Below, piece after piece: positions 46,108-55,386 of a stretch of DNA of 64,000 nt. This stretch comes from Candidatus Woesearchaeota archaeon. Its GTDB lineage: Archaea > Nanobdellota > Nanobdellia > Woesearchaeales > GW2011-AR15. Where the stretch lies: assembly GCA_016928835.1 (NCBI GenBank), contig JAFGJW010000006.1:180191-244190 (forward strand), in the 5' to 3' direction. Within the stretch, counting starts at the first letter, position 1; each line of letters starts with the position of its first letter. The position numbers and the translations under genes are program-made. The notes under the pieces are model-generated. The model made no database searches and had not been told where the DNA came from. It saw only the letters and a list, made by a program, of their open reading frames with translations.

Positions 46108-46581
46108 TTAACCTAGATAGCTTAAATCTTCTTTTATACTGCTCTCAGTATCCCATGATTTCTTCAATCGGGAGAATATTATCTGCAGTTCTGGTTTTAA
46201 TTTCTGCCAGTCTTTATAAAATTCATTTACGAACACTGCATTTTCTTGTTCATTGTCAGAAAAAGAGACTTCTGAAGAGTAGCGTAGATATCTCACCAGC
46301 TGCTTAAATATTTTATATATCTTCTCCTTATCTCTGTCCTCTATATATTTTGATTCATACAGCCCAGTGAGCGAGGTTGTGGGATATAATATGTCTTCTA
46401 ATAATTTGACAATTGTTTCTATCTTCTCTGTAATTTTTCTACAAATACGCACCAAAAGAAAATCTTCCTCTTCAATATTCTCAATATTAAAGTCTCTATT
46501 CAGCTCATTATACTGAGGTAAGTTATGAACCTTGCTTATTTTTGAGTAATCTTCTTTTTTCATTTTTGAAATTAATTTCAA
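46108..46581 (-). CDS. Hypothetical protein
   Basis: A 157-aa acidic helical ORF abutting the adk start. No motif was recognised. Confidence 0.45.
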   Translation of the reverse strand: MKLISKMKKEDYSKISKVHNLPQYNELNRDFNIENIEEEDFLLVRICRKITEKIETIVKLLEDILYPTTSLTGLYESKYIEDRDKEKIYKIFKQLVRYLRYSSEVSFSDNEQENAVFVNEFYKDWQKLKPELQIIFSRLKKSWDTESSIKEDLSYLG

Positions 46582-46611
46582 TAATAACTCTTAATAACTC
46601 TTACTAGATAA

Positions 46612-47235
46612 ATGACAATTTTTATAAAACTTCCGCTCTTTCTTAGGATTATGATTTTCACGCTAAGGGAACTAATCGATGCTGTTATGATGACATTGTT
46701 CATTGGATTCATATTCTCCAGATACTTCAGGAGGAAACCTTTAGAAGATTACGATCCTTTAAGACATTATAAGAAAAGTAGTTTATGGGAAGATATAAAG
46801 TGGGGCGCATTAGTTGCAGCTCCCGCAGTGGTTTTGCATGAATTAGCACATAAATTTGTGGCAATGGCTTTTGGAGCCCAAGCAACTTTATATGCTCCGA
46901 GCTTATTTGGGATACCTTATGGGATGTATATCTTTGTAATTCTGCTAAGTTATCTGCAGTTCCCAATAGTATTTTTTGTTGGTGGCTATGTAGCTCATAC
47001 CACTTTGCCCCCGCTTCCTTCTGCTCTCGTTGCACTGGCAGGCCCATTAATGAATTTGATTTTATGGCTGTTCTCAATATTAGTGATAAAGTATGGATTG
47101 ATTAAGAGGAGATATTGGGAGGCAATCACTTTAGCTGGCAAGCTAAATATGTTTTTATTTGCATTTAATATGATACCTATTCCTGGGTTTGATGGTTTTG
47201 CTTTTATCACAAGCCTTGTCAAAGCTGTTTTTTAA
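46612..47235 (+). CDS. M50-family (site-2 protease-like) membrane metalloprotease
   Basis: HELAHKFVAMAFG (HExxH inside a TM helix) and NMIPIPGFDG (the NxxPxxxxDG motif). Confidence 0.7.
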   Translation: MTIFIKLPLFLRIMIFTLRELIDAVMMTLFIGFIFSRYFRRKPLEDYDPLRHYKKSSLWEDIKWGALVAAPAVVLHELAHKFVAMAFGAQATLYAPSLFGIPYGMYIFVILLSYLQFPIVFFVGGYVAHTTLPPLPSALVALAGPLMNLILWLFSILVIKYGLIKRRYWEAITLAGKLNMFLFAFNMIPIPGFDGFAFITSLVKAVF

Positions 47236-47236
47236 A

Positions 47237-48052
47237 ATGGGAAAAAAGATTGGTTTATTACTAAGCGGAGGCGGGATTAGAGGTTTTGCCCATATTGGGG
47301 TTTTAAAGGTTCTTGATAAGAATAATATTAAAATTAGTGCAATTGGCGGAACAAGCATTGGTGCAATCGTAGGCGCCCTTTATGCTTCTGGTTATACGGG
47401 GAATCAAATTGAAGAAATCGCTGTAAAACTTAAGAAGAAGGATATGTTGAAACTAATTGATATCTCCTTAGGAAGAGAGGGACTAGTCAAAGGGGATAGA
47501 CTTATTCAATATCTAAAGGGACTAATTCCTGTGAATGAGTTTAGCGAATTAAAAATACCTTTGGTAATAAATGCAACAGATTTGACAAATAAAAAAGAGG
47601 TTGTCTTTACACAGGGTTCATTATTTAACGCTATTAGGGCAAGCATTTCCCTACCCGGTGTTTTTACGCCCTATCATGAGAAAGACAGAACGCTAGTGGA
47701 TGGTGCAATAACTAACCCTGTATGCCTTGGATTGCTAGATGGTTTGGATATCGGTTTCTACATTGTTGTGAACGTAGCAACAAATTTTCATTATGATCCA
47801 AACTCAAAATTAGGTATCATTAAGCAGATGCAATATTCAATGTATATGCTACAAGAGGAGATTATTAGACTCAAATTAGAGCCGTATAAAAGAAGATATG
47901 TTATGATAGAGCCTGATGTACATAGACTTAGGCTCTTGGAGTTCACAAATGTGAAAGATGTAATAGAGAAAGGAGAAAAAGCTACTATTCAGAATATTAC
48001 TCTAATTAGAGATAAAAGCAAATACTTTCTTGAGAGGGTTTTCTTGAGATAG
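47237..48052 (+). CDS. Patatin-like phospholipase
   Basis: ATG at 47237. LLSGGGIRGFAHIGVL is the oxyanion GGxR motif, GTSIGAIVGAL is GxSxG, and DGA is the catalytic Asp motif. Confidence 0.85.
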   Translation: MGKKIGLLLSGGGIRGFAHIGVLKVLDKNNIKISAIGGTSIGAIVGALYASGYTGNQIEEIAVKLKKKDMLKLIDISLGREGLVKGDRLIQYLKGLIPVNEFSELKIPLVINATDLTNKKEVVFTQGSLFNAIRASISLPGVFTPYHEKDRTLVDGAITNPVCLGLLDGLDIGFYIVVNVATNFHYDPNSKLGIIKQMQYSMYMLQEEIIRLKLEPYKRRYVMIEPDVHRLRLLEFTNVKDVIEKGEKATIQNITLIRDKSKYFLERVFLR

Positions 48053-48053
48053 G

Positions 48054-48284
48054 TTATTCCTTTTTTTGGATAAGAGAGTTCATCTCCTTAACCATCTTTT
48101 CAATCTCTTTCTCAGAAAGGCCGTGGGCCTTTGCTCCCTGCTCAATAGTTTCATGTGTCGCAACATGGCAACCAACACAATGCAACCCATATCTCATCAT
48201 GATATAGGCTGTCTCTGGAAAGCTCTTTACCACATCACCTAGAAGCATACTTTTTGTTATATCTCCCTTGCTCTTGTTTTTCAT
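48054..48284 (-). CDS. DUF1858 (hybrid-cluster-protein-associated redox disulfide) domain protein
   Basis: ITKSMLLGDVVKSFPETAYIMMRYGLHCVGCHVATHETIEQGAKAHGL. A GGAGGT Shine-Dalgarno element lies upstream. Confidence 0.7.
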   Translation of the reverse strand: MKNKSKGDITKSMLLGDVVKSFPETAYIMMRYGLHCVGCHVATHETIEQGAKAHGLSEKEIEKMVKEMNSLIQKKE

Positions 48285-48427
48285 TATATACTACCTCCAA
48301 TTTGTTCTTCTATCAAATCTGCCTCTGTTTCACATACAACATCTACTTCTTTACACGTTTTTAAGACCTTTTCTTTAATTGAGTTCTCATCCCAGCATTT
48401 TCCTTTTTTACATTTTATCTTTTGCAT
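48284..48427 (-). CDS. Unlisted 47-aa Cys-rich peptide inside the isc operon
   Basis: My hand translation gives MQKIKCKKGKCWDENSIKEKVLKTCKEVDVVCETEADLIEEQIGGSI. Its ATG overlaps the iscU stop (TAATG), and its stop overlaps the next ATG (TAATG). Confidence 0.55.
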   Translation of the reverse strand: MQKIKCKKGKCWDENSIKEKVLKTCKEVDVVCETEADLIEEQIGGSI

Positions 48428-48828
48428 TATTGCCACCCTTTTTTCTTTTCATAATTTTCAATTGCTTTGTGCAATCCGTCTGCTGCAAGATTTGAGCAGT
48501 GCATCTTGATTTTTGGCAAATCTCCGAGTGCATGAGCAACGTCAAGGTTAGTTATTTCTTTTGCTGCTTTAAGTGTCTTTCCTTTTGCCAAGTCTGTGAG
48601 CATTGAGCTTGTTGCTATTGCAGCCACACAACCAAAGGTTTTAAATCCAATATCTTTGATATATTCTTGGCCATTTTTGTTTTTTCCGACTTTGATATAT
48701 ATCCACATAAGATCTCCACACACAGGATTCCCCACTTTTCCGATGCCGTCTGCATCGTGTAGCTCCTTCATGTTGTGAGGGTTTCTGAAGTGCTCCAATA
48801 CTTGCTCTGAATACATTTTTAACACCAA
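48427..48828 (-). CDS. iscU: Fe-S cluster scaffold IscU/NifU N-terminal type
   Basis: GNPVCGDLMWIYI, FKTFGCVAAIATS and HCSNLAADGL carry the three conserved Cys motifs of IscU. Confidence 0.9.
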   Translation of the reverse strand: MVLKMYSEQVLEHFRNPHNMKELHDADGIGKVGNPVCGDLMWIYIKVGKNKNGQEYIKDIGFKTFGCVAAIATSSMLTDLAKGKTLKAAKEITNLDVAHALGDLPKIKMHCSNLAADGLHKAIENYEKKKGWQ

Positions 48829-48833
48829 TATTG

Positions 48834-50009
48834 CTAATTCTGTTGTTTGCTTTTTGTATATTTCAATCCTGGTTTCAGCGGGCTCATCTGCCTTAGTTTT
48901 ACTACACCTTCTTTAACCTTTTTTATTGTATAGTCAATTTCCTCTTTAGTCGTGTATCTGCTTAAAGTAAATCTTATTGTTCCATGAGCAATTTCATGTT
49001 TTAATCCGATTGCCAACAGTACATGGCTTGGCTCAAGTGTGCTTGAGGAACATGCTGAACCTGTCGATACTGCAATTCCATTCATATCAAGATGCATTAA
49101 TAGGGATTCTCCTTCAACAAAATTAAAGGAGATATTTGCATTATTGCATAACCTTCTGCCAGGATGGCCGTTAAGCTGTGTATGAGGTATTCTCAGCAAT
49201 CCTTTAATTAGATAAGCTCTTAATTCTGTCATTTTTTTTATGTCCTCAGGCTTATGGGTCTTAACACATTCACCAAAGCCAACTATTCCTGGAACATTGC
49301 TTGTACCTGACCTAAATCCATATTCGTGGCCACCACCATGAAGCAGAGGAGCGAGTCTTATTCCTTTATGTATATAAAGTGCACCAACCCCTTTTGGTCC
49401 ATGAATCTTATGAGCATTAAGTGTCACTAAATCAAGATTCATCTTTTTCACGTCAATTTCTGATTTGGTGAAACTCTGGCATGCATCTGTATGGAAATAA
49501 ACTCCTTTTTCTCTGCATATTGTACCATAGTCCTCTATGGGGAGAATTGAGCCTATCTCATTATTTGCATGCATAATCGAAACAAGAATGGTGTCTTTTC
49601 TAATACTTCTCATAAGTGACTTTGGATTAACAAGACCATATTTATCAACATCCAAATAGGTAACATCAAATCCTTGTTTTTGAAGCCACTCGCTCGCTTT
49701 TAGGACACAGTCATGCTCGATTTTTGATATAATTATATGGTTGCCTTTAGCTTTGTTTGCAAAGGCAACACCCTTGAGTGCAAAATTATTTGATTCTGTT
49801 CCGCCCGATGTAAATATTATCTCTTGTGGTGAAGCATTTATTTTTTGTGCTATAATCTTTCTCGCATGTTCAATAGCTTCTTTAGCTTCCCTACCCAGCA
49901 TATGAAGGGATGCTGCATTACCATAATTAATGTCAAGATAAGATCTCATTGCCTTCACTACTTCATCTGCTACTTTTGTTGTGGCTCCATTGTCTAAGTA
50001 GATCCGCAT
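48834..50009 (-). CDS. iscS: Cysteine desulfurase IscS/NifS
   Basis: YLDNGATT, TSGGTESNN, NAHKIHGPKGVGALY (the PLP lysine) and STGSACSS (the active-site Cys). Confidence 0.9.
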   Translation of the reverse strand: MRIYLDNGATTKVADEVVKAMRSYLDINYGNAASLHMLGREAKEAIEHARKIIAQKINASPQEIIFTSGGTESNNFALKGVAFANKAKGNHIIISKIEHDCVLKASEWLQKQGFDVTYLDVDKYGLVNPKSLMRSIRKDTILVSIMHANNEIGSILPIEDYGTICREKGVYFHTDACQSFTKSEIDVKKMNLDLVTLNAHKIHGPKGVGALYIHKGIRLAPLLHGGGHEYGFRSGTSNVPGIVGFGECVKTHKPEDIKKMTELRAYLIKGLLRIPHTQLNGHPGRRLCNNANISFNFVEGESLLMHLDMNGIAVSTGSACSSSTLEPSHVLLAIGLKHEIAHGTIRFTLSRYTTKEEIDYTIKKVKEGVVKLRQMSPLKPGLKYTKSKQQN

Positions 50010-50371
50010 TTTTTTTCACCTTCAAGGCACACAGTACAGCATCTTGGCACATTATCATGCTTCCTATGTATCTTACATAAAAAACCTGTTTTCTTAACTA
50101 GATTCATAATCTTTTGTATTTCAAATATATGACAGCTCCTGTCTTTGAGCATATTGTCTGCCGATTTTCTTATGGCTATCAGTATTTCATTTGGCAGTTT
50201 TATTGAACGGGCTCTTTTGCTGCGTAAATACTGGCTTACCGCCGCTTCTGTAACTCCAAGAATTGAAGCGATTTGCTTTTGGGACAACTTTTTCTTCTTC
50301 AATGCCAGAGCAAGCTCCCTTCTAATGCTTGGCAATATATACCACACACTGATTTCCTGCGGCGTCTGCAT
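49994..50371 (-). CDS. HTH DNA-binding protein with a C-terminal Cys cluster (candidate Fe-S-sensing regulator of the isc operon)
   Basis: KKLSQKQIASILGVTEAAVSQYLRSKR is a helix-turn-helix. The C-terminus carries CHIFE...CKIHRKHDNVPRCCTVCLEGEKKC. It overlaps iscS by 16 nt. Confidence 0.6.
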   Translation of the reverse strand: MQTPQEISVWYILPSIRRELALALKKKKLSQKQIASILGVTEAAVSQYLRSKRARSIKLPNEILIAIRKSADNMLKDRSCHIFEIQKIMNLVKKTGFLCKIHRKHDNVPRCCTVCLEGEKKCGST

Positions 50372-50383
50372 CTTAACTATCGT

Positions 50384-50403
50384 TAATTAACAATTGTTAA
50401 TTA
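50384..50403. promoter_or_regulatory. Perfect 20-bp palindrome, candidate operator
   Basis: TAATTAACAATTGTTAATTA, 13 nt upstream of the regulator ATG, sits between TATA-like TTTATAAA elements of a divergent intergenic region. Confidence 0.4.
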
Positions 50404-50455
50404 TTTATAAATTTTTTGGTTAGATTTATAAAGCTGCTTAAATAACCAAGGTTAT

Positions 50456-50902
50456 ATGAAGTTGTTCAAAAAGTCAAGAAAGAGAATTGACAAGGTATTT
50501 AAAAAGGATAAGAGTGTATTTCCCCATATTTTAAAGGATTTTATTAAGGACATTGAAGAGATATGGGAAGAAGCAGAGGATTTTTTTGAGGACCTTTATG
50601 CGAGCATTTTTCATAAGAAAAGTATTAAGATTAAGCAAGTAAGGAGAGTTACTCTATATGGTCTATTTGTAGGTGTAAGACCAGCTTATGCATTTGCAGA
50701 GAGGATTGAGAATATGCTAAAGATTGTGTTTGGCGTTTCCATCTTCATGTCCGGTATTTTAGCTACTTTCTGGGGATTTACCAGAACATCTGACCTCCTT
50801 GAAGCTTTAATCAAATCTCTTGCAGGCAGAGCCATTATTGTAATAATTGGAATTAGTTATTTTCTTCTTGGTGTCTGGAAGCTCTTGCATATAAAAAGTT
50901 GA
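50456..50902 (+). CDS. Hypothetical membrane protein
   Basis: A 148-aa ORF with a basic/acidic N-terminus and 2-3 hydrophobic helices. Confidence 0.4.
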   Translation: MKLFKKSRKRIDKVFKKDKSVFPHILKDFIKDIEEIWEEAEDFFEDLYASIFHKKSIKIKQVRRVTLYGLFVGVRPAYAFAERIENMLKIVFGVSIFMSGILATFWGFTRTSDLLEALIKSLAGRAIIVIIGISYFLLGVWKLLHIKS

Positions 50903-50917
50903 AAGTAGAAATTATCA

Positions 50918-51118
50918 CTATGAGTTAATTTCCACAAATTTTTTTATGGATCTGTCATATGTTTTTTCAATATCGCCAGGAAAGAAACATGCAGGCAATT
51001 CATTATTTGACCTATGATATACGATGCACTCGCAACAAAGCCCTTTTCTGTTGCAGGGTTCATAGGTGCAATTACATATTTTTAGATTCGAATTTTTTTT
51101 ACATTCCATTCTGTTCAC
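50918..51118 (-). CDS. Small Cys-rich protein (DUF6485-like)
   Basis: [32 protein letters not shown]....LPACFF. It overlaps the upstream HD gene by 20 nt. Confidence 0.55.
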   Translation of the reverse strand: MNRMECKKNSNLKICNCTYEPCNRKGLCCECIVYHRSNNELPACFFPGDIEKTYDRSIKKFVEINS

Positions 51119-51731
51119 CCTGAATATGTCCCCGGAAATAGGTCACTTGTTTCTTGGAGAGAAGATTTACCGCGTTGTCAAATAGTTCAAGAAGTGCTTT
51201 ATCCTTTATCTTCTGCTTAGACATTTTGTCAAGTGATTTCCTGAAATCATCTAGTCTAGCACCAGGTGTATTTAATCCCTGCACTAACGCATCTAAAGTA
51301 TCAGCAAGTTTAACAATTTGGCTCTCAACGGTTATAAGATTAGTATATTCATCAAACAAAGATATAAGCTCCTCCTTATGTGAAAGGTTCCTTACCAATA
51401 GTCCAAATGCCTTATTTTCAACTTTCTGGAATTCCCCTTTTGCTAGAACTTTAACCCATGTTCCAACATCGCCGGTTATAGCCTCCCCCATATCATGCAG
51501 AAGAGATATTTTAAGTACCTTATCTGGGTCAATTTCCATTCCGCCTGCCTTTAATTCTCTGGCCAGTAGATATGAAAATGAAACAACATTGAAGGAATGC
51601 GCTGCAACTGAATCTGCATCATTCCTTTTGAACCCTGAATAAAGGAATCCCTGTCTCGGCAATTCTTTTGTAACTTGCAGAGTGAGAAATACTTCTAAAA
51701 TCTGCTTCAATTTATCTTTTTTCATAGGCAC
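51099..51731 (-). CDS. HD-domain phosphohydrolase, YfbR-like 5-prime-deoxynucleotidase
   Basis: [18 protein letters not shown] and [15 protein letters not shown] resemble the YfbR pattern (H...HD...GD). Confidence 0.7.
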   Translation of the reverse strand: MPMKKDKLKQILEVFLTLQVTKELPRQGFLYSGFKRNDADSVAAHSFNVVSFSYLLARELKAGGMEIDPDKVLKISLLHDMGEAITGDVGTWVKVLAKGEFQKVENKAFGLLVRNLSHKEELISLFDEYTNLITVESQIVKLADTLDALVQGLNTPGARLDDFRKSLDKMSKQKIKDKALLELFDNAVNLLSKKQVTYFRGHIQGEQNGM

Positions 51732-51756
51732 AGGAATTCATTACAACTTTATATTT

Positions 51757-52452
51757 TTAATTAAGGTTGAGCTCTACTTCAGTGAAATAGGGCTCCAAGA
51801 TATTTCTAAATCCTGAGAGCTCTTCTTTAGAGAAGGGTTTGAGTTTGGTAAATGAGGGATTTAGTGTTTGTTTATTTCTAAACTGCTGCAGCACAAATCT
51901 ATTTGCACCTTTCAGCCACATACCTATTTCCGTGATATCCTCGGCCCCGATTAATTTTGGTACAACTGTAATTCTGAACTCATACATGATTGAAGAATTT
52001 CTTATTATATCAATACTTCTCTGAATATCTTCTTTATTTGTTTCTACCTGTGTTATTCTATCATACTTCCCAATAGGTGCCTTAATGTCCATAGCAATAT
52101 AATCCACCAATTTATTATCAATTAATCCTTTAATTTGTCGGGGATTTGAGCCGTTTGTATCCAATTTAACCAGATAGTCCATTTTTTTAAGTTTTGTAGT
52201 AAATTCTGGCAAATCACTGTTTAAGGTTGGCTCTCCTCCTGTGATGCATACTCCCTCTAGCCATTTTTTCCTTTTCGAAAGAAAATTAAAAATCTCGTCT
52301 TCTGGAATGCTCTTCAATTTGTCATATCCCAGCACAAGCTCTGGGTTTTGACAAAATGGGCAGAGAAAATTGCAGCCGCCAACAAATACTGTGGCTGCTG
52401 TATAAGGTGCATAATTTAATAAATCAGTTTTTGTTATCCCTTTTATATCCAT
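51757..52452 (-). CDS. nrdG: Anaerobic ribonucleotide reductase activating radical SAM protein
   Basis: VFVGGCNFLCPFCQNPEL (CxxxCxxC), then GVCITGGEPTL. It lies directly downstream of nrdD. Confidence 0.85.
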   Translation of the reverse strand: MDIKGITKTDLLNYAPYTAATVFVGGCNFLCPFCQNPELVLGYDKLKSIPEDEIFNFLSKRKKWLEGVCITGGEPTLNSDLPEFTTKLKKMDYLVKLDTNGSNPRQIKGLIDNKLVDYIAMDIKAPIGKYDRITQVETNKEDIQRSIDIIRNSSIMYEFRITVVPKLIGAEDITEIGMWLKGANRFVLQQFRNKQTLNPSFTKLKPFSKEELSGFRNILEPYFTEVELNLN

Positions 52453-52454
52453 AG

Positions 52455-54887
52455 TCAGCCAGCCAAAGCAGATTTTAATTGGTCAATATCAGTAACAACT
52501 CTAATCAGTTCATTGTCACTGCCATAAAAAAGAATAGTTGGAACAGACAAGCTACCATCTTCATTTCTCTTTATTTTATCCTTGACCTCTTTATAATGCT
52601 TTCTGAATTCTTTCAAATCATTATCGTCGCCAAGGTTAATTATTCTGCCCTTAAGCCTAGCATCTGAAAGCAATGTCTTTGCTGCCGAACACTTATTGCA
52701 CCCTGGTAACACCAATACTTCATAGTGGGAGATTTTATTTGTCTCTGGGTCAATTCCATCTCCTTTAATGTTATCTTTGTCTTTAACTAATATCAGATCT
52801 CTTGAGAAAGATTTTTCTTCACTGTATTCAAGTCTCTGTTTAAACTCCTCCCTCTTGCCTAAGTTCCATTGGTTTATTGGTCTAAAGTATCCCACTATCC
52901 TCGAGTAGACTTCGCAGTTGCTCTCGCATGTCGGGCAGGTGAAGTGTTCTCCAGCAATATATCCGTGATTATCACAGATGCTGAATGTTGGGGTTATTGA
53001 GAAATAGGGTATCCTTGTGTTATAAGCAATCTTTTTAACCATTCTTTTGCAGGCTTCTGCATTTGTCACTCGTTGACCTAGAAATGTATGGAACATTGTG
53101 CCTCCTGTATATAAATATTGTATATCGTTCTGATGCTCAAGCGCTTCGATTATATCATCAGTCTTATCCACAGGAAGATGTGTTGAATTTGTGAGATAAG
53201 GGACTTTATCTCCTGCAGTCATTATATTAGGATGTTTTGATTTATCCAATCTCCCAAATCTATAGGCAGTAGACTCTGCAGGAGTTGCCTCGAGATTGTA
53301 GATGTTACCTGTCTCTTCCTGGAATTTTGTGAGAAGGGTTCTCATAAAATTAAGTGTTTCGATTGTAAACTCCTTCCCTTCATGGGTTGAGATGTCTTTA
53401 CCCAAAAAATTTAAACAGCATTCGTTCATCCCGCATAAGCCTATTGTCGAAAAATGGTTTTTTAATGTCCCTAGATATATTCTTGTAAAAGGCATCAGGC
53501 CGTTATCCATATTTTTCTGCACCACTTTTCTTTTTACTTCCAAAGACTGCTTCGCCAAATCCATGTAGTACGCCAATTTTTTAAAAAACTCCTCTTTGTC
53601 TTTAGCTTCATAGCCAAGTCTATTCATATTTATTGTAATGACACCCACGCTTCCAGTGCTGTCCCCCATTGCAAAGGTATGTCCTGGCCGCCTTACTAAC
53701 TCTCTTAAATCAAGGTTAAGCCTGCAGCACATTGCCCTGATTGACCTTGGGTCCAAACCAGAGCCAATGTAATTCTGGAAGTAAGGAAGACCAAATTTTG
53801 CAGTGACTTCAAAAAGAAGGTCTGCATTTTCGCTGCCCCAGTTGAAATCTCTTGTTAGATTATAAGTAGGAATTGGAAAAGTGAATATGCGGCCTTTTGC
53901 GTCTCCTTCGCGCATGACCTCTAGAAAGGCTTTATTTATCAAATCCATCTCTTTTTGGCAGTCTCCATAAGTAAATTTTTGTTTTCTACCAGCGACTATT
54001 GCCGGTTCATTCTTCAAGTCTTGTGGAACAACCCAGTCAAATGTCAGATTTGAGAAAGGGTATTGAGATCCCCATCTTGAAGGAATGTTCAAAGAGAAGA
54101 CTAGTCTCTGCATGTTTTGTCTTATCTGCTTGTAGCTTAATTTATCTGTTCTTACAAAAGGTGCCAAAAAGGTATCCACGCTGGAAAATGCCTGGGCACC
54201 TGCCCATTCCATTTGTAAGCACCCAATATAGTTAACCATTTGGGAAACAACAACATCCATGTGTTTTGCAGGTTTGGCATCTACCTTATTTTTTACCCCT
54301 CCAAATCCCACTTCCAGCAATTTTTTCAATGACCATCCTGCACAATATCCTATAACCGCATGACTTAAATCATGGATGTGTATGTGCCCTGATCTGTGGG
54401 CCTCGGCAATTGGACCAGCGTACATCTCGCTGAGTGCATAATTTTTTATTAGCTCTCCTGCAGTATAAAGTAATAGACCAGAAAAAGAGTATTGCTCATT
54501 GCTGTTTTCATTTACATTAAAATGTACTCTGTCAATATATTCATTAATAACATTTCTTACGTCAACGAGTGTGCCTTTTAATTCTCTCATATTCTTATGC
54601 TGTTGTCTGTAGAGGATATATGCTTTAGCTGTTCTATAATGGCCGTTTTCGACAAGGATATATTCAACAATGTCCTGGATATCCTCCACATTTGGAATTG
54701 TATGCCCATCATATCTCTCTTCAAGAAGATTCACAACTTGATCACATAATTTTTCTGAAAGCCCTCTGTCTGTGCCTCCGACCGCCTGAGCTGCTTTAAA
54801 AATTGCATTGGTTATTTTTTCATGGTCAAACGGCACAACCCTTCCATCTCTCTTCTGAATTTTTGTTATTGACAATTCCCCAGTCAT
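52455..54887 (-). CDS. nrdD: Class III anaerobic ribonucleoside-triphosphate reductase fused to a C-terminal glutaredoxin/NrdH-like domain
   Basis: N-terminal ATP-cone (ITKIQKRDGRVVPFDHEKITNAI). The zinc ribbon plus glycyl-radical motif is CPTCESNCEVYSRIVGYFRP. A linker and 92 aa follow with VLVLPGCNKCSAAK (CxxC) and SVPTILF (the cis-Pro motif). Confidence 0.9.
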   Translation of the reverse strand: MTGELSITKIQKRDGRVVPFDHEKITNAIFKAAQAVGGTDRGLSEKLCDQVVNLLEERYDGHTIPNVEDIQDIVEYILVENGHYRTAKAYILYRQQHKNMRELKGTLVDVRNVINEYIDRVHFNVNENSNEQYSFSGLLLYTAGELIKNYALSEMYAGPIAEAHRSGHIHIHDLSHAVIGYCAGWSLKKLLEVGFGGVKNKVDAKPAKHMDVVVSQMVNYIGCLQMEWAGAQAFSSVDTFLAPFVRTDKLSYKQIRQNMQRLVFSLNIPSRWGSQYPFSNLTFDWVVPQDLKNEPAIVAGRKQKFTYGDCQKEMDLINKAFLEVMREGDAKGRIFTFPIPTYNLTRDFNWGSENADLLFEVTAKFGLPYFQNYIGSGLDPRSIRAMCCRLNLDLRELVRRPGHTFAMGDSTGSVGVITINMNRLGYEAKDKEEFFKKLAYYMDLAKQSLEVKRKVVQKNMDNGLMPFTRIYLGTLKNHFSTIGLCGMNECCLNFLGKDISTHEGKEFTIETLNFMRTLLTKFQEETGNIYNLEATPAESTAYRFGRLDKSKHPNIMTAGDKVPYLTNSTHLPVDKTDDIIEALEHQNDIQYLYTGGTMFHTFLGQRVTNAEACKRMVKKIAYNTRIPYFSITPTFSICDNHGYIAGEHFTCPTCESNCEVYSRIVGYFRPINQWNLGKREEFKQRLEYSEEKSFSRDLILVKDKDNIKGDGIDPETNKISHYEVLVLPGCNKCSAAKTLLSDARLKGRIINLGDDNDLKEFRKHYKEVKDKIKRNEDGSLSVPTILFYGSDNELIRVVTDIDQLKSALAG

Positions 54888-54888
54888 T

Positions 54889-55350
54889 CTAGTTACCTCC
54901 TTTTTTCAAGAGGGCAGCCAATTCCTTCTGGAATGACTCCACATCTTTGAAATCCTTATATACCGATGCAAACCTTACATAGGCAACCTGGTCTATCTTT
55001 TTTAACCTGCGCATCACCATATTACCTATTGTTTTACTTGGAATCTCGGTTGATTTTTTATTAAGCAAGCGTATTTCAATATCATCACATATCTGCTTAA
55101 TTTTTTCTCTTGGGACCATTCTTTTTTCACAAGCCTTGAGCAATCCTCTCTCAAGCTTGGTTCTGTCAAATTGCTCTCTCCTCCCATCCTTCTTAATGAC
55201 AGTGAGGTTAATTACCTCAATCCGCTCGTAGGTGGTGTATCTTTTTTGGCATGAGAGGCAAACTCTTCTTCTCCTTATAACACTATCGTTCTCCGTGTTT
55301 CTTTTATCAAGCACTCTGCTCTTTGAAGAGCCGCAGTATGGACATTTCAT
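54889..55350 (-). CDS. nrdR: Transcriptional repressor NrdR
   Basis: [17 protein letters not shown]...[17 protein letters not shown] is the zinc ribbon, followed by an ATP-cone ([20 protein letters not shown]). Confidence 0.9.
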   Translation of the reverse strand: MKCPYCGSSKSRVLDKRNTENDSVIRRRRVCLSCQKRYTTYERIEVINLTVIKKDGRREQFDRTKLERGLLKACEKRMVPREKIKQICDDIEIRLLNKKSTEIPSKTIGNMVMRRLKKIDQVAYVRFASVYKDFKDVESFQKELAALLKKGGN

Positions 55351-55354
55351 CGTG

Positions 55355-55370
55355 ACACAATATTTTGTAT
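55355..55370. promoter_or_regulatory. Candidate NrdR box 1
   Basis: ACACAATATTTTGTAT matches 14 of 16 positions of the remembered NrdR-box consensus acaCwAtATaTwGtgt. It lies 5 nt upstream of the nrdR ATG. Confidence 0.5.
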
Positions 55371-55386
55371 GCTCTTACTTAATTAT

